The translations under genes and the position numbers were made by a program. Below the pieces are notes generated by a model. That model searched no databases. It saw only the letters and a program-made list of their open reading frames with translations, and was not told the origin of the DNA. Below are positions 46,835 through 57,789 of a DNA stretch of 64,000 nucleotides, piece after piece (the first letter of the stretch is position 1; the number at the start of each line of letters is the position of its first letter). Source of the DNA: an uncultured Acidobacteriota bacterium. Lineage in GTDB: Bacteria > Actinomycetota > Acidimicrobiia > Spongiisociales > ZC4RG35. The stretch covers positions 32,001-96,000 of the forward strand of contig CAWHEU010000025.1 in NCBI GenBank assembly GCA_963828465.1, written 5' to 3'.

Positions 46835-48623
46835 CTATGCGCCGGCGAGCACCAGCGTGCATTCGCACCCGGCATGCACCGGCGGCAGGTGCGATTCGGG
46901 CTCAGCTGCGGCCCCGCGACATGCGCTGCACGGTGTGCCGCTTGCCACCCACTCCAGACCGTTGTCATCCTCCACGGAATCGACCAGTCCGCGGTGATAC
47001 CCGACAAGGGCGAGTTGGCGCACTCTGCGCTCCGCCTCATCGGTGCGCCAGCCCCTGAATACCCTCGATGTCGCCGATTGCTTCTCGCGCTGGCCGTCTC
47101 CGGCGTCGATCAGCGCAGAGGAGACCGCCCCGGCTAGATCGTCACCAAAGGTCTCCGCGGCACTGGAGGGGGGAGTCTCTTTCCGTTTCAACTTGGAGCC
47201 GGTCATCTCTTCGGCCGCCGCGTGACCGGCCGAATAGCTCTCCGCCCAGAGACCCTTGAGGTCGGCCTGCATCATCTCGGCCAGCACCAGGCTCTCAGGG
47301 TGCCAGGTGTCGTCGAGACGCAAGCTGTCGAGGGCGACGTTCTGGGCATCCGTGACCGCCTTCTTCACGCCACGTAGTGCCCGGTTGGTGATCGGTAGAA
47401 GCCGGGCGTCCCGTTCCTCGATGACCTCGTTGTGTGGAGCTGTCACCGCTGGCTCGGGCGCTTCTGCCTCGACTTGGTCGACCTCGGGCCTGGCGGCGGT
47501 ATGAACCGTGATCGTCGCGCCCGGGGAGCCCCGTAGTGAGGCAAAGAGTGCACCCACATCGTCGGGGCCGGGCTGCGGTTCGGGCTCGCGTTTTGGTTCC
47601 TTCCTCGCAACGACCGGCTCCGGCTCGTCGACCTCCTCCGGGGTTGGCTCCGGCTCTGGTGGTGGTGCCTCCTCGAATTCCGGCTCCTCGAAGAGATCTT
47701 CTCGAGGCTCCTCGGTCACCTCTCTAGGCGGGGGTAGGGGCCGCTCCGGGGCAGGACTCGTTGGTTTGCTCCCCGGTCTCTCGGATGGAGGGATGATTCG
47801 CACCGTCTCCCCCAGCTGCCATATCTCCTCGTCGGGCTCGGTTCGGGCAGGAACGACCCTGACACTCGACGACTCCGCCGAGAGATCCAGGTCCTCGCGC
47901 CGCTCCTCGAGACTCCCTTCGAGACGGCTCAGGGTCGAGCGCACCGTCTCTAGCTCGAGCATCAATTCTTCGCGCCGCTCCTCGAGGGCTCTGGTCCGCT
48001 CTTGGGCGCTCTCGGACTGACGGTAGGCCTGCTCGATCAGGTCGTCGTGACGTTTCTTCGCCTCCGAGCCCAGCTTCTCCGAATCCATCATCGCGGACCG
48101 GACAACGTCCTCGGCCTCGCGTCGAGCAGTCGAGGTCAGACGATGAGCCTCTCGCTCCGCTTCCCCCATTACGGACAACACGTCCTGTTCGGCTTCGCCG
48201 CGAATGCGACGCGCCCTCTGCCGCGCTCTGATTGAGCAACTCGGTGCCCGTGGTCCATGCGTCACCTCGAAGCGCCTCGGCATCGCTCCTGGCTTCCTTC
48301 CGCATTGCCTCGACCTCGGTCATCGCCTCAGACCGCCATCGTGCGGCGTCCATAGTGGCCCGCTCCCTCATCGAGTCAGCGGCCTCCTTGGACGCCTGCA
48401 GCACCGCGGCCACCTCGCGACCAAGGCTCTCGAATTCGGATTCCAGGTCCCGGTCGGCGTACTCGCCCAGCTTGGTCGCGAGGCGCTCCCGTTCTTTCTC
48501 CAGCTCGTCCAGATCGGCGGCGACGCGCTCGAGAAACCCGGAAATCTCATCCGGGTCCAAGCCACGCCTGACGGTACGGAACTCCGCCCGCCGGATGTCG
48601 TCGGGGGTGATGTCAGAAGCCAT
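46835..48623 (-). CDS. DivIVA-domain coiled-coil protein with a C-terminal Cys/His motif (frameshift in a G-run near 48215)
   Basis: N-terminal ITPDDIRRAEFRTVRRGLDPDEISGFL is a DivIVA domain. It is followed by a long coiled coil, a P/E-rich linker and a C-terminal W..CSAC..PPVHAGCEC. Confidence 0.8.
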
Positions 48624-48674
48624 CGGCTCTAGAAGATACCGATCGGGCAGGATTTCGCCCGGGTTTGGGCTCGG

Positions 48675-49691
48675 TCAGGCCTGGTCCAGGTCCTCGAAGA
48701 AGTCGATGGCATCCTGCAATGTGGCTATGGACACGATCTCGATGGACTCCCGGGGTGCGGTCAGAGCCGATTCGTAGTTGTCCGCCGGGACCAGGATGTA
48801 CTCCGCGCCGGCTGCCTCCGCACCCACGACCTTCTGACGAATTCCGCCGATGGGCCCCACGGCGCCGTCGTACGCGATCGTTCCCGTCCCGGCCACGATG
48901 TGTCCGTTCGTCATCTCGCCGGGCGTCAGCGTGTCGATGATGGCCAGGGCGTGCATCATCCCGGCCGACGGTCCGCCCACGTCTCCAGCTTCGATCGTCA
49001 GCGGAAACGGTGGCTCGCTCAGCTCGCCAACCGTTATCCCGATCATGGCCCCGCCTTCGGGATCGTCCCGCTCGGCGAGCTCCACCTGAACAGTCTGGGG
49101 GTCCCCGTCGCGGGTGACACCGACGTCGATCACGTCGCCCGGCTCGAGCCCTTCGAGAAGTTCGGTGAGATCGGTGCTTCGCACGATCTCGGTGCCGTTG
49201 AACGAATCGACGGAGTCGCCGATCTCGAGCACGTCGGCAGCCGGGATGTCGGGGACGAGGTCGGTGATCAGGACATCGGTGGGGACCATCTCATACCCGA
49301 GATGTTCCAGCGCCACCGTGATGGCCCGCGTCTGGGAGTCGTCCATCTGCTGGAGCACCCGCTTGCGGTAGTCCTCATCGGTCTCGTCGGGCTGGCGGAA
49401 GGCTTCCTTGGGCACGAGGTCGATCGTCGGGTCGAACCCGGCGATCATGGCCTCGAACAGGTTGACCTCCTGGCTGACCACCGTGAGCATCAGGAGCTCT
49501 CCCTCGGGAGGAAAAGTGTCGACCTCGTCGGCGACGATGGCGTCGGCGGCATCGGACACCGGGCCGGACGAAAAGGCCAGGTAGGGCAGCTCCAGGTTCC
49601 AAATGCCCAAGACGAGAGCGCCCACGAGGAAGAGGGCCCCCACCAGGTAGAGGGGCCAGATAGATCCACGTTGGGTCTGGTCTTGCATCAT
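48675..49691 (-). CDS. YlbL/SdrC-like PDZ-containing Lon-type (S16) protease
   Basis: N-terminal TM, a PDZ domain, GGPSAG catalytic Ser, AGTGTI, and GGIRQK catalytic Lys. Confidence 0.9.
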   Translation of the reverse strand: MMQDQTQRGSIWPLYLVGALFLVGALVLGIWNLELPYLAFSSGPVSDAADAIVADEVDTFPPEGELLMLTVVSQEVNLFEAMIAGFDPTIDLVPKEAFRQPDETDEDYRKRVLQQMDDSQTRAITVALEHLGYEMVPTDVLITDLVPDIPAADVLEIGDSVDSFNGTEIVRSTDLTELLEGLEPGDVIDVGVTRDGDPQTVQVELAERDDPEGGAMIGITVGELSEPPFPLTIEAGDVGGPSAGMMHALAIIDTLTPGEMTNGHIVAGTGTIAYDGAVGPIGGIRQKVVGAEAAGAEYILVPADNYESALTAPRESIEIVSIATLQDAIDFFEDLDQA

Positions 49692-49767
49692 GAAAGGGTA
49701 ACGGTGGGCCGCGAGGGGCAGTCCTAGCTCTTTAAGGTGGCAGACGTCGGGTTTGCAGGAGATAAAG

Positions 49768-50349
49768 ATGACATCGGCAGTCCTTGTCCAACGGGTTGTC
49801 CCCCGGTCGCGTGTCAACTCGGTGCTGCTCGTCATCGGCGCCGCAGCATTGACCGCACTGGCCGCCCGGTGGGAGATCCACTTGCCGTTCACCCCCGTCC
49901 CGGTGACGGGTCAGACCTTCGCCGTCCTCCTCACTGGCGCTGCGCTCGGCATGACTCTCGGGGCTGCGGGGCAGGCCGTCTATGTCGTCGCAGGGGCCTT
50001 AGGCCTACCGGTATACGCGGGAGGAGCGAGTGGCTGGGACACGGCCAGCGCACAGGGCAGCGCCGGATATCTGATCGGCTTCATCTTCGCCGCGGGTTTG
50101 GTCGGCTTCATGGCGGAACGTCGTCAAGACCGGACCTTTCCCACGATGTTCACGGCATTCATCGCCGGGTCGTTCATCATCTACGCCTTCGGCGTGGCCG
50201 GGCTGATGATCCTCCTCGACATGACGTTCACGGAGGCCGTCGTCGCCGGCGTCGTCCCCTTTGTCCTCGGTGACATCATCAAGGCCGCTGCCGCCGGCCT
50301 CCTCCTCCCCGGCGCCTGGAAGTTGTTAGGCGAGTACCCGAGGCCGTAG
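49768..50349 (+). CDS. bioY: Biotin transporter BioY (ECF S component)
   Basis: PFTPVPVTGQTFAV, GLPVYAGG, GYLIGF, PF..GDIIK. Confidence 0.92.
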   Translation: MTSAVLVQRVVPRSRVNSVLLVIGAAALTALAARWEIHLPFTPVPVTGQTFAVLLTGAALGMTLGAAGQAVYVVAGALGLPVYAGGASGWDTASAQGSAGYLIGFIFAAGLVGFMAERRQDRTFPTMFTAFIAGSFIIYAFGVAGLMILLDMTFTEAVVAGVVPFVLGDIIKAAAAGLLLPGAWKLLGEYPRP

Positions 50350-50354
50350 CCGCC

Positions 50355-51182
50355 TTATGCGGTCTCCACCTCTTCGCCCAGGTAGGCCTTGACCACGTTG
50401 GGGTTCTTTTGCACCGACGAGGGAGTGCCTTCGGCGATGGGCTTGCCGAAGTCGACGACGAGGATGCGGTCGGCGATGTCCATCACCAGGCCCATGTCGT
50501 GCTCGACGAGGATGATGGCGATGCCGAGCTCGTCCTGAACATCGAGGATGAACCGCGCCATGTCCTCGGTCTCCTCCAGATTCATCCCGGCCACCGGCTC
50601 GTCGAGCATCAGCAGCTCGGGGTCCATGGCCAGGGCCCGACCCAGCTCGACCCGCTTCTGGATCCCGTAGGGCAACAGGCCGACCGGGTACTTCCGCCAT
50701 TGCTCGATCTCGAGGAAATCGATGATGTCCTCGACGATTTCGCGGTTCTCGATCTCCTCCCGCTTGGCCTTCCCCAGCCAGACGCTCCCGGCCAGCCATG
50801 AGCTCCGCATGCGGACATGGCGTCCGGTCAACAGGTTCTCGATGACTGTCATATGGGGAAAGAGAGCGATGTTCTGAAATGTCCGGGCGATGCCACGTTC
50901 GGCCGTCTCGTTGGGCTTGAGCCCCATGAGACTCTCCCCCTTCCACCGCACGTCTCCCTGCTGAGGCTCGTAAACCTGGTTCACAACGTTGAACAGCGAG
51001 GTCTTACCTGCGCCGTTGGGCCCGATGATGGCGAACAGCTCGCCGTCATCGACGTGGAACGACACCCCGGCGATGGCCTTGACCCCCTTGAAGGCCAGGT
51101 GGATATCCGTCACATCGAGCAGATGGTCATAGTCCTTAGGCCCGGAACGCTCCGCCCGACGCTCCAAGAGTTTGCCGCTCAT
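50355..51182 (-). CDS. Branched-chain amino acid-type ABC ATPase (LivG-like; start may be 51278)
   Basis: GPNGAGKT, RTFQN, LPYG.QKRVE, LDEP.AG, VEHDM. Confidence 0.92.
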   Translation of the reverse strand: MSGKLLERRAERSGPKDYDHLLDVTDIHLAFKGVKAIAGVSFHVDDGELFAIIGPNGAGKTSLFNVVNQVYEPQQGDVRWKGESLMGLKPNETAERGIARTFQNIALFPHMTVIENLLTGRHVRMRSSWLAGSVWLGKAKREEIENREIVEDIIDFLEIEQWRKYPVGLLPYGIQKRVELGRALAMDPELLMLDEPVAGMNLEETEDMARFILDVQDELGIAIILVEHDMGLVMDIADRILVVDFGKPIAEGTPSSVQKNPNVVKAYLGEEVETA

Positions 51183-51336
51183 GGCAAGAGCCTTGCTGCG
51201 GACGGCGTCCGCCGACGGCGTCTGTACTGGCCGGAGATGAGGCTCGTTTGGTCCGACTTCGATGTGTGTCCGATCCAAATACGCAGGTACCAGGTGTCAC
51301 GGAGTACCGGACGGGCAAGTCAGCCCGCAATCAGAG

Positions 51337-52128
51337 TCACGACAGCCATCTCTTCCTGCGCTTGTAATGCTTCACGTCGCGGAACGACTTCTGCTCCCCT
51401 GTGGTGTGCAGCCCCAGGTAGAACTCCTTGACATCCTCGTCCTTGAGGAGTTTGCCGGGGTCGCCATCCATAACCATCTTCCCGGTCTCCATGATGTAGC
51501 CGTAGTCGGCAATGGAGAGCGCCATGTTGGCGTTTTGCTCGATCAGTAGGACCGCCGTCCCTTGAGAGTTGATCTCGACGATGATGTCCCGGACTTCCTG
51601 GACGAGGAGCGGGGCCAGGCCCAGAGAAGGCTCGTCGAGGATCAGAAGCTTCGGGTCCTGCATCAGCGCCCGGCCGATCGCCAGCATCTGTTGCTCGCCC
51701 CCCGACAGATAGCCGGCGGTGGCGTTGCGCCGGTCGGCCAGCTTCGGGAAAAGGGTCATGACCCGCTCACGCGCTTCCTTCACGAGGTTGGCGTCGCGAT
51801 TCGAGTACACGCCGGCGCGGAGATTGTCATCCACAGTCATCTCGGCGAAAACCCGTCTCCCCTCCATCACCTGGCTGATCCCCCGCCGCACCCGGGCGGC
51901 CGGGTCCTCCTCGGTGATGTCCGCTCCGTCGAAGGTGATCTCACCCTTGGTCACATCGCCCTCATGCATATCGAGCAGACCGGTGATCGCGCGAAGCGTC
52001 GTCGTCTTGCCGGCGCCGTTGGTGCCGAGCAGGGCGACGATCTTGCCGTCGGGAACCTCGAGGGAGATCCCGCGCAGAACCAGGACGACGTCGTTGTAGA
52101 CGACCTCGAGATTCTCTACCGCAAGCAA
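51337..52128 (-). CDS. Branched-chain amino acid-type ABC ATPase (LivF-like)
   Basis: GTNGAGKTT, LSGGEQQM, DEPSLGLAP, EQN, and a C-terminal KHYKRRKRW. Confidence 0.92.
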   Translation of the reverse strand: MLAVENLEVVYNDVVLVLRGISLEVPDGKIVALLGTNGAGKTTTLRAITGLLDMHEGDVTKGEITFDGADITEEDPAARVRRGISQVMEGRRVFAEMTVDDNLRAGVYSNRDANLVKEARERVMTLFPKLADRRNATAGYLSGGEQQMLAIGRALMQDPKLLILDEPSLGLAPLLVQEVRDIIVEINSQGTAVLLIEQNANMALSIADYGYIMETGKMVMDGDPGKLLKDEDVKEFYLGLHTTGEQKSFRDVKHYKRRKRWLS

Positions 52129-52151
52129 TACGTTGACACCGGTCTCGAAGG

Positions 52152-52185
52152 GGTGATGGTGGCCCCAAGCGGGGCCACCATCACC
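52152..52185 (-). terminator. Intra-operon stem-loop after the binding-protein gene
   Basis: GGTGATGGTGGCCCC-aagc-GGGGCCACCATCACC, a 15-bp perfect stem. Confidence 0.65.
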
Positions 52186-52191
52186 ACCTGC

Positions 52192-53578
52192 TCAGCCGAG
52201 ACTGAAACAGGCCTCGTTGAACTCGAACGCCTCGGCAATGGGCGAGGTGTAGTTCGACTCCACCAGCGTGGACCCGGTAGACGTGCCGTCCGCCAGACCC
52301 GCCGGATCGGGACGTGAGATGAACTGCGCCCGCTGGACCCGCTCGTTGGGCTCACCGACGTAGGTCTCGTCGGGGGCGAGCCCGCCGAACGTGACCGACT
52401 CGAGGCTCTTGGCCGCGGCCAGCACCCCGGCCTGGGTCAGGTCTCCGGCGTCATAGGCGGTCTGCAACGCCTGGTGCAGGATCGTGGCCTCGATCACGCC
52501 CTCGGCGTAGTAGTCGAGTGGATCCGCCCCAGCGGCGGTCACAAGGTCGCGCACTGCCGCGTTGCCTTCGGACTCGGCGGCCCACGGTGCGTAGTACGCC
52601 GAGATGTAGAAGTCGTTCGACAGAGGCTCGGAGATCGCAGAATCCGGTGCCACCAGGGCCGGGTTCCACGTCGGGCCGGCGCCGGACCACAGAGCTCCGG
52701 AGAATCCGGCAGCAAGGGCCTGACCGTAGATCGACCCGAAGGGAGTCGGCGATGTGGTAACCCACACCAGCTCTGCTCCCGACGAGGCGATCCCACCCGC
52801 CACCTCGGTCAGCGTGGCCTCGTCCTGCCGCGTTGACCAAGCCGGTGCCGTCGTAGACCACCTCGAGCCCGAGAGCCTCCGCGGCCATGACAGCGCCTGC
52901 GTTCGAGTCTTCGCCGTAGTCGCCGGGACTCGATGCGATGGCGATCGTGGTCGCGTCCGGAGCCTGGAGCGTCAGGTACTCGATCATGTTCATGGCCTCG
53001 ATGCAATAGGGCACACCGTGGGGCACGAGATTGGAGTTGATCGCAGGGTCGGACCAACCCGAGTACCAGGTGAGGGGGATCGCCAGGATCCCGTCGGCCT
53101 GGAGCTGGGGGTTGATGGCCATGGTCTGTGGCGAACCAGTCGAATGGCCGAAGGCCACCACCTGCGTCTTGAGCTCCTCGTAGAGCTGGACATGCTGGGC
53201 GGGGTCATACGCGGTGTCGCGGGTCTGGATTTGCACCTCCATACCGCCTATCCCACCGTTTGCGTTGACGTCGGCCCAATACATCTCCTGACCGGCGACG
53301 ATGACCTGGACCAGCGGGGCGAATGGGCCGCTCAGATCGGACAGGAGCCCGATGGTGATCGTCCCCGCCTCGGGGTCGACTCCGACGTCGGTGGCCACTT
53401 CGCCCGCGCCCTCTTCGGCCGCGCTCGTGGTGGTCTCCTCTGCCGGGGCCGCGGTGGTCGTGGGCTCCTCCTCTGCGGCCGCGGTCGTGGTGGTGTCGCC
53501 ACCCCCGCCGTCACCACAGGCGGCGAGAATCAGACCGAGAACCAAGAGCAGAGCCAGCCACTGGGGCTTTCTTCTCAT
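52192..53578 (-). CDS. LivJ/LivK-type substrate-binding lipoprotein (frameshift near 52828)
   Basis: Lipobox LAA-C, a Thr/Ala/Glu linker, and ITIGLLSDLSGPFA..VNANGGI..DTAYD. The C-terminal half is in a second frame. Confidence 0.85.
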
Positions 53579-53630
53579 TCGTTCCTTCCTCCTCTGTTAC
53601 TTGTGAGGGCAGGAGCCCTCTCGTGACCGC

Positions 53631-54869
53631 TCAATAGGTGAACGGCCAACCCTTCCAATAGTTGCGGATGCGGAGCCAGATCCCGAACAAGCCGAGCGGC
53701 TCGAAGATGAGAAACCCGATGATCAGTAGACCGTATAGGACGAGGTTCAGCTGGGCGACGGAGAGCCCGGGTCCGACACCGGCCATGGTGTTGATCAACC
53801 CGAAGTCCGTCTGCGATGTCGCGATGAACACATTGGCAATAGCGCCGAGAAGCCCTTCGCCTTCTAGGGCGAGCGATTGCAGCCACAGGGTGAAGTTCTG
53901 CACGATCCGGGGCAGGAGGACGACGAACGCCGATCCGAGCAGGGCGCCGGTGACTGTGCCCGCACCGCCGATGAGGATGATCGCGATGAACTGAACCGAG
54001 AGAAAGAGGTTCCATTGCTCGGGGATGACGCGGGTCAAGAACGAGGCGAGCAAGGCGCCTGCGATCCCCGCATAGAACGACGAGATCCCAAAGGCGAGGA
54101 GCTTGTAGGCAAACTCGTTCACCCCCATGATCTCCGCGGCGATGTCGCGATCCCGGATGGACATGAACGCCCGGCCCACCCTTGTTCGCTGCAGGTTCTT
54201 GGCCAACAGGGTGTAGACCCCGGCAAGGAAGGCGAGGAGGAAGAAGGTCTTGGCGATGCCGGACACTTCGACCCCGAACCAGACGCTCGGTGTCGTGAAG
54301 TCGATCACCGGCGACTCCTCCTTCCACCACCGGAACTCGAGCGGCGGGAAATCCCGGCCAACTTGTGCCCCGCCGGTGAGTGATGCCCAGTTCCGGAACA
54401 GGTAATCCCCGATGAAGACGAGCCCCAGGGTCACGATGGCCAGATAGAGGCCGCGCACCCGCACCGCGGTTGGTCCAACGGCCACCCCGATCAGCGCGGC
54501 CACGATGCCGGCCGCGGGGAGCCAGATCCAGATCGGGAGCCCGAGCCCGAGGAGCGGTCCGTCCACCGGGCCACCGAGCCATACCGCTGTGTAGGCGCCA
54601 ACGCCCATGAAGAAGGCGTGCCCGAGTGAGACCTGGCCGGCGAGACCGGTCAGGATGTTCAGCCCAAGCGCCCCAATTGCGAAAATCGCGGTGGTGGAAA
54701 GCAGACGAAGCCAGTCAGCCTGGCCCAGGAACGTCAGCCCCGGGATGACCTGGAAAGGAATCGTCACCAGAACGAGCACGAAGAGACCGAGCATCACCTT
54801 CTTGGAGGTGGTGTTGAGCAGACCTTGGTCCGCCTCGTAGCTCGTGTAGAGGAGGGGCCTGCCCTTCAT
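53631..54869 (-). CDS. Branched-chain ABC permease (LivM-like)
   Basis: GLNILTGLAGQVSLGH, GLYLAIVT, GRAFMSIRD, PLGL. Start is ATG 54869. Confidence 0.92.
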   Translation of the reverse strand: MKGRPLLYTSYEADQGLLNTTSKKVMLGLFVLVLVTIPFQVIPGLTFLGQADWLRLLSTTAIFAIGALGLNILTGLAGQVSLGHAFFMGVGAYTAVWLGGPVDGPLLGLGLPIWIWLPAAGIVAALIGVAVGPTAVRVRGLYLAIVTLGLVFIGDYLFRNWASLTGGAQVGRDFPPLEFRWWKEESPVIDFTTPSVWFGVEVSGIAKTFFLLAFLAGVYTLLAKNLQRTRVGRAFMSIRDRDIAAEIMGVNEFAYKLLAFGISSFYAGIAGALLASFLTRVIPEQWNLFLSVQFIAIILIGGAGTVTGALLGSAFVVLLPRIVQNFTLWLQSLALEGEGLLGAIANVFIATSQTDFGLINTMAGVGPGLSVAQLNLVLYGLLIIGFLIFEPLGLFGIWLRIRNYWKGWPFTY

Positions 54870-55840
54870 ACTCGTCTTATCTCCGGGGTCCCGAACAGGC
54901 CGTAGGGGCGGATGAGCAGCACCACCATCATCAGCAGGTAGCCGACGATCCCGGGGAAGCCGTTGCCGAGGAACTCGAATCCCAGATAGGTGTTGGCCGC
55001 CGACTCGGCGATCCCAACTGCGAAGCCACCCACCACCGCCCCCGGTATCGAGTCGAGCCCGCCGATGATCACAGCCGGAAAGGCGCGAAAGGCGATGAAT
55101 GCCGTTGCCTGGTCCACCCCTGTGGCCCGGCGCGGGTACACGGAGTAGAACAGTCCGGCCACGGCGGCGAGAAACGCGCCGATCGCCCAGGCCACCGAAA
55201 ACACCCGTCCCACGTTCACTCCTTGGGCCCGAGCCGTCTCCTGGTCGAAGGACGTCGCCCGCATCGCAACCCCGGTCCGGGTTCGCAGGAACATTGCGAT
55301 GGCAACCAACAAGAGGATGGTCACCACGATCTGGATGACCTCGGACCAGGCGATTATCACCCACCCCAGATCGATGACGTTGAGCCCCCAGGGGGCGTTG
55401 ACCGGACGGGGCTGGGTCCCGATGAAGTCGTTGGTGATGGTCCTCACCACGATGTCGATACCGAGGGTCACGATGGCGACGGCGAAGAGGGCCTCCCCCA
55501 CCATGGGCCGGAGAAAAACCCGCTCGATGAGGACACCGAACAATGCGGCGACCGCGAAGGCGGTGAGGACATTGGCAGTCCATTGCGCCCATTCGGGGAG
55601 GCCCGTGAGATATCGCCCCGGGAAGTCGAGGACGCTTGCGAAGGCGACAACGAGGAAGGCTCCAAGCCCGGTGAGGGCGCCGTGAGCGAAATTGATCACC
55701 GATGTCGCCTTGAAGATGATGACGAAGCCCATGGCCAAAAGGGCGTAGATGGCCCCGAAACTGATCCCGCCGACGAGCATCTGTGCAAAGGCATTGCCAT
55801 CCGCCGTTGCCTGCGCCAGAACGACGAGACCGGTGATCAC
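54866..55840 (-). CDS. Branched-chain ABC permease (LivH-like)
   Basis: YALLAMGF...NFAHG, GVAMRA, IIGGL, RPYGLFG. Confidence 0.92.
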   Translation of the reverse strand: MITGLVVLAQATADGNAFAQMLVGGISFGAIYALLAMGFVIIFKATSVINFAHGALTGLGAFLVVAFASVLDFPGRYLTGLPEWAQWTANVLTAFAVAALFGVLIERVFLRPMVGEALFAVAIVTLGIDIVVRTITNDFIGTQPRPVNAPWGLNVIDLGWVIIAWSEVIQIVVTILLLVAIAMFLRTRTGVAMRATSFDQETARAQGVNVGRVFSVAWAIGAFLAAVAGLFYSVYPRRATGVDQATAFIAFRAFPAVIIGGLDSIPGAVVGGFAVGIAESAANTYLGFEFLGNGFPGIVGYLLMMVVLLIRPYGLFGTPEIRRV

Positions 55841-57714
55841 GACCGATACATGTCCTCGATCAAGCCACCGAACATCGAGGTCATCGAGGTCCGCTTCAGC
55901 TTCTGAGTAGCGGTCAGCTCCCCGTCCTCGTGGTCGAGCTCTTTGGGGATCAAGCGGAACTTCTGGATGTTCTCGACATGTGAGGTCTTCTCGTTCGCCT
56001 CATTGACGACACCCTGGATCAGCTCGATGACCTGTGGCTTCGTGGTCAGATCGCGGTAGGTCGTGTATGGGATTTGCCGTCTGGTTGCCCAGTCACCGAC
56101 CACGTCGGACTCGATTGCGATCAGGGCGGACAGATACTTGCGACCGTCGCCGATCACCATCGCCTCCTTGACGAAGGGTGAGACCTTGAGGGAGTTCTCG
56201 ATCTCGGACGGTGAGACGTTCTTCCCGCCGGAGGTGATGATGATGTCCTTGATCCGGTCGACGATCTTGACGTGGGTTCCATCCACCCACTCGCCGACGT
56301 CGCCCGTCCTCAGCCAGCCGTCCTCGGTAAACGTCTCGGCCGTCTTCTCCGGCTTGTTCCAATACCCCTTGAACACACCAGGATGCCGGGTCTGGATCTC
56401 GCCGGTTGCCTCATCGATGCGCAGTTCCGTGCCCGGATAGGGCACCCCGACCGTCCCGACCTTGTTGGCACCGGGGAAGTTGCACGTCGCCACGGCGGAG
56501 TTCTCGGTCATCCCGTAGAGCTCGAAGAGGGGAACCCCCATCCCGAGGAAGTCGCGCAAGACCTCGGGTGCGATCGGCGCAGCCCCGCTGGCGGCGTAGC
56601 GAACCCGGCGCAGGCCGATCCTTTCCTTGATCGCCCGGAACACGATCGGGTACCCGATCGCGTAGAGGAACCGGCTGAGTGCGGTGTGGTCGCCTTCGTT
56701 GGCCACCCTGAGATCGCCGATCCGTCTGGCGAGCTTCATCCCGATCCCGAACCACAACCGCTTGAACCGGGTGCCGTCCCTGCCCTTGATGGCGATCGAG
56801 GCGTGGATCCGCTCCCAGATCCGCGGCACCGCGAAGAAAATCGTGGGTTGTATCTCGCGCAGGTTCTGTTGCACCGTCTCGATCGACTCGGCGAAATTGA
56901 GGGAAGGGCCACGGGACACCGACGACCAAGTGGAGAAGATGCGCTCGGCCACGTGACACAGTGGCAGATAGGTGAGGATGAGGTCATCGGGACCGATGGG
57001 TTTGCCGTCCGGGGTCCGATTCTCCACCCCGATCAACACGTCGGCGTTGAAAGCGAAGTTGGAGTTGGTGAGCATCGCGCCCTTGGGCGGCCCGGTGGTC
57101 CCCGAGGTGTAGACCAGAGTGATCACGTCGTCCCCGGTCGCCTGCGCCATGATCTGTTCGACCATGCCCGGGTTGGCCTCGCGATGGCTGCGGCCGAGCT
57201 CGAGGAAGTCCTCCCAGGAAATGAAGCGCTCGTCGTCACGCCACTTGCGAAAGCCACGAGGCTCGATGTGGATGATCTTGCGAAGGTCAGGCAGCGAGTC
57301 GATGACTGCCATCACCTTGTCCGCCTGCTCCTGGTCCTCGGCCAGATGCACCGCAGCTCCCGAATCGGAGAGGAGGTACTCGACCTCGGCGGCGGGATTG
57401 GTCGGGTAGAGGCCCACCGTGATGGCACGGACCGCCACGGTGGCCATGTCGAGGATCACCCACTCGGGACGGTCCTCGGAATGGATCGAGACCCGGTCGC
57501 CCTCGTAAACCCCCAGGGCGAGGAGTCCGTGAGCGGCTTCGAGAACGGATTCCCAGTACTGGGACCACGTGATCTCCTGCCAGATCCCGAAGTCCTTCTC
57601 CCGCATTGCCACCCGGTCCGGATGGTCCCGAGCCCACTCTCTGACATAGGCGGGCGGTGTCTTGAAACCGACGTCTGCCGACGGCGCGCCGGCTCGCTCC
57701 AGGACGGTCGTCAT
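55837..57714 (-). CDS. Long-chain acyl-CoA synthetase (AMP-binding)
   Basis: YTSGTTGPPKG, YLPLCH, YGMTE, GWLRTGDVG, ELTATQKLKR. Confidence 0.93.
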   Translation of the reverse strand: MTTVLERAGAPSADVGFKTPPAYVREWARDHPDRVAMREKDFGIWQEITWSQYWESVLEAAHGLLALGVYEGDRVSIHSEDRPEWVILDMATVAVRAITVGLYPTNPAAEVEYLLSDSGAAVHLAEDQEQADKVMAVIDSLPDLRKIIHIEPRGFRKWRDDERFISWEDFLELGRSHREANPGMVEQIMAQATGDDVITLVYTSGTTGPPKGAMLTNSNFAFNADVLIGVENRTPDGKPIGPDDLILTYLPLCHVAERIFSTWSSVSRGPSLNFAESIETVQQNLREIQPTIFFAVPRIWERIHASIAIKGRDGTRFKRLWFGIGMKLARRIGDLRVANEGDHTALSRFLYAIGYPIVFRAIKERIGLRRVRYAASGAAPIAPEVLRDFLGMGVPLFELYGMTENSAVATCNFPGANKVGTVGVPYPGTELRIDEATGEIQTRHPGVFKGYWNKPEKTAETFTEDGWLRTGDVGEWVDGTHVKIVDRIKDIIITSGGKNVSPSEIENSLKVSPFVKEAMVIGDGRKYLSALIAIESDVVGDWATRRQIPYTTYRDLTTKPQVIELIQGVVNEANEKTSHVENIQKFRLIPKELDHEDGELTATQKLKRTSMTSMFGGLIEDMYRS

Positions 57715-57789
57715 CCGGTGTCCTCCTCAAAGACGACCGGACAATATCGGCTGGAACCGAACTTTGCCGGTTCGATCAAAATTTGATTC

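Noticed and set aside
48205-48225. Programmed ribosomal frameshift in the DivIVA gene
   Set aside because: There is no slippery heptamer, and similar indels are scattered across unrelated genes.
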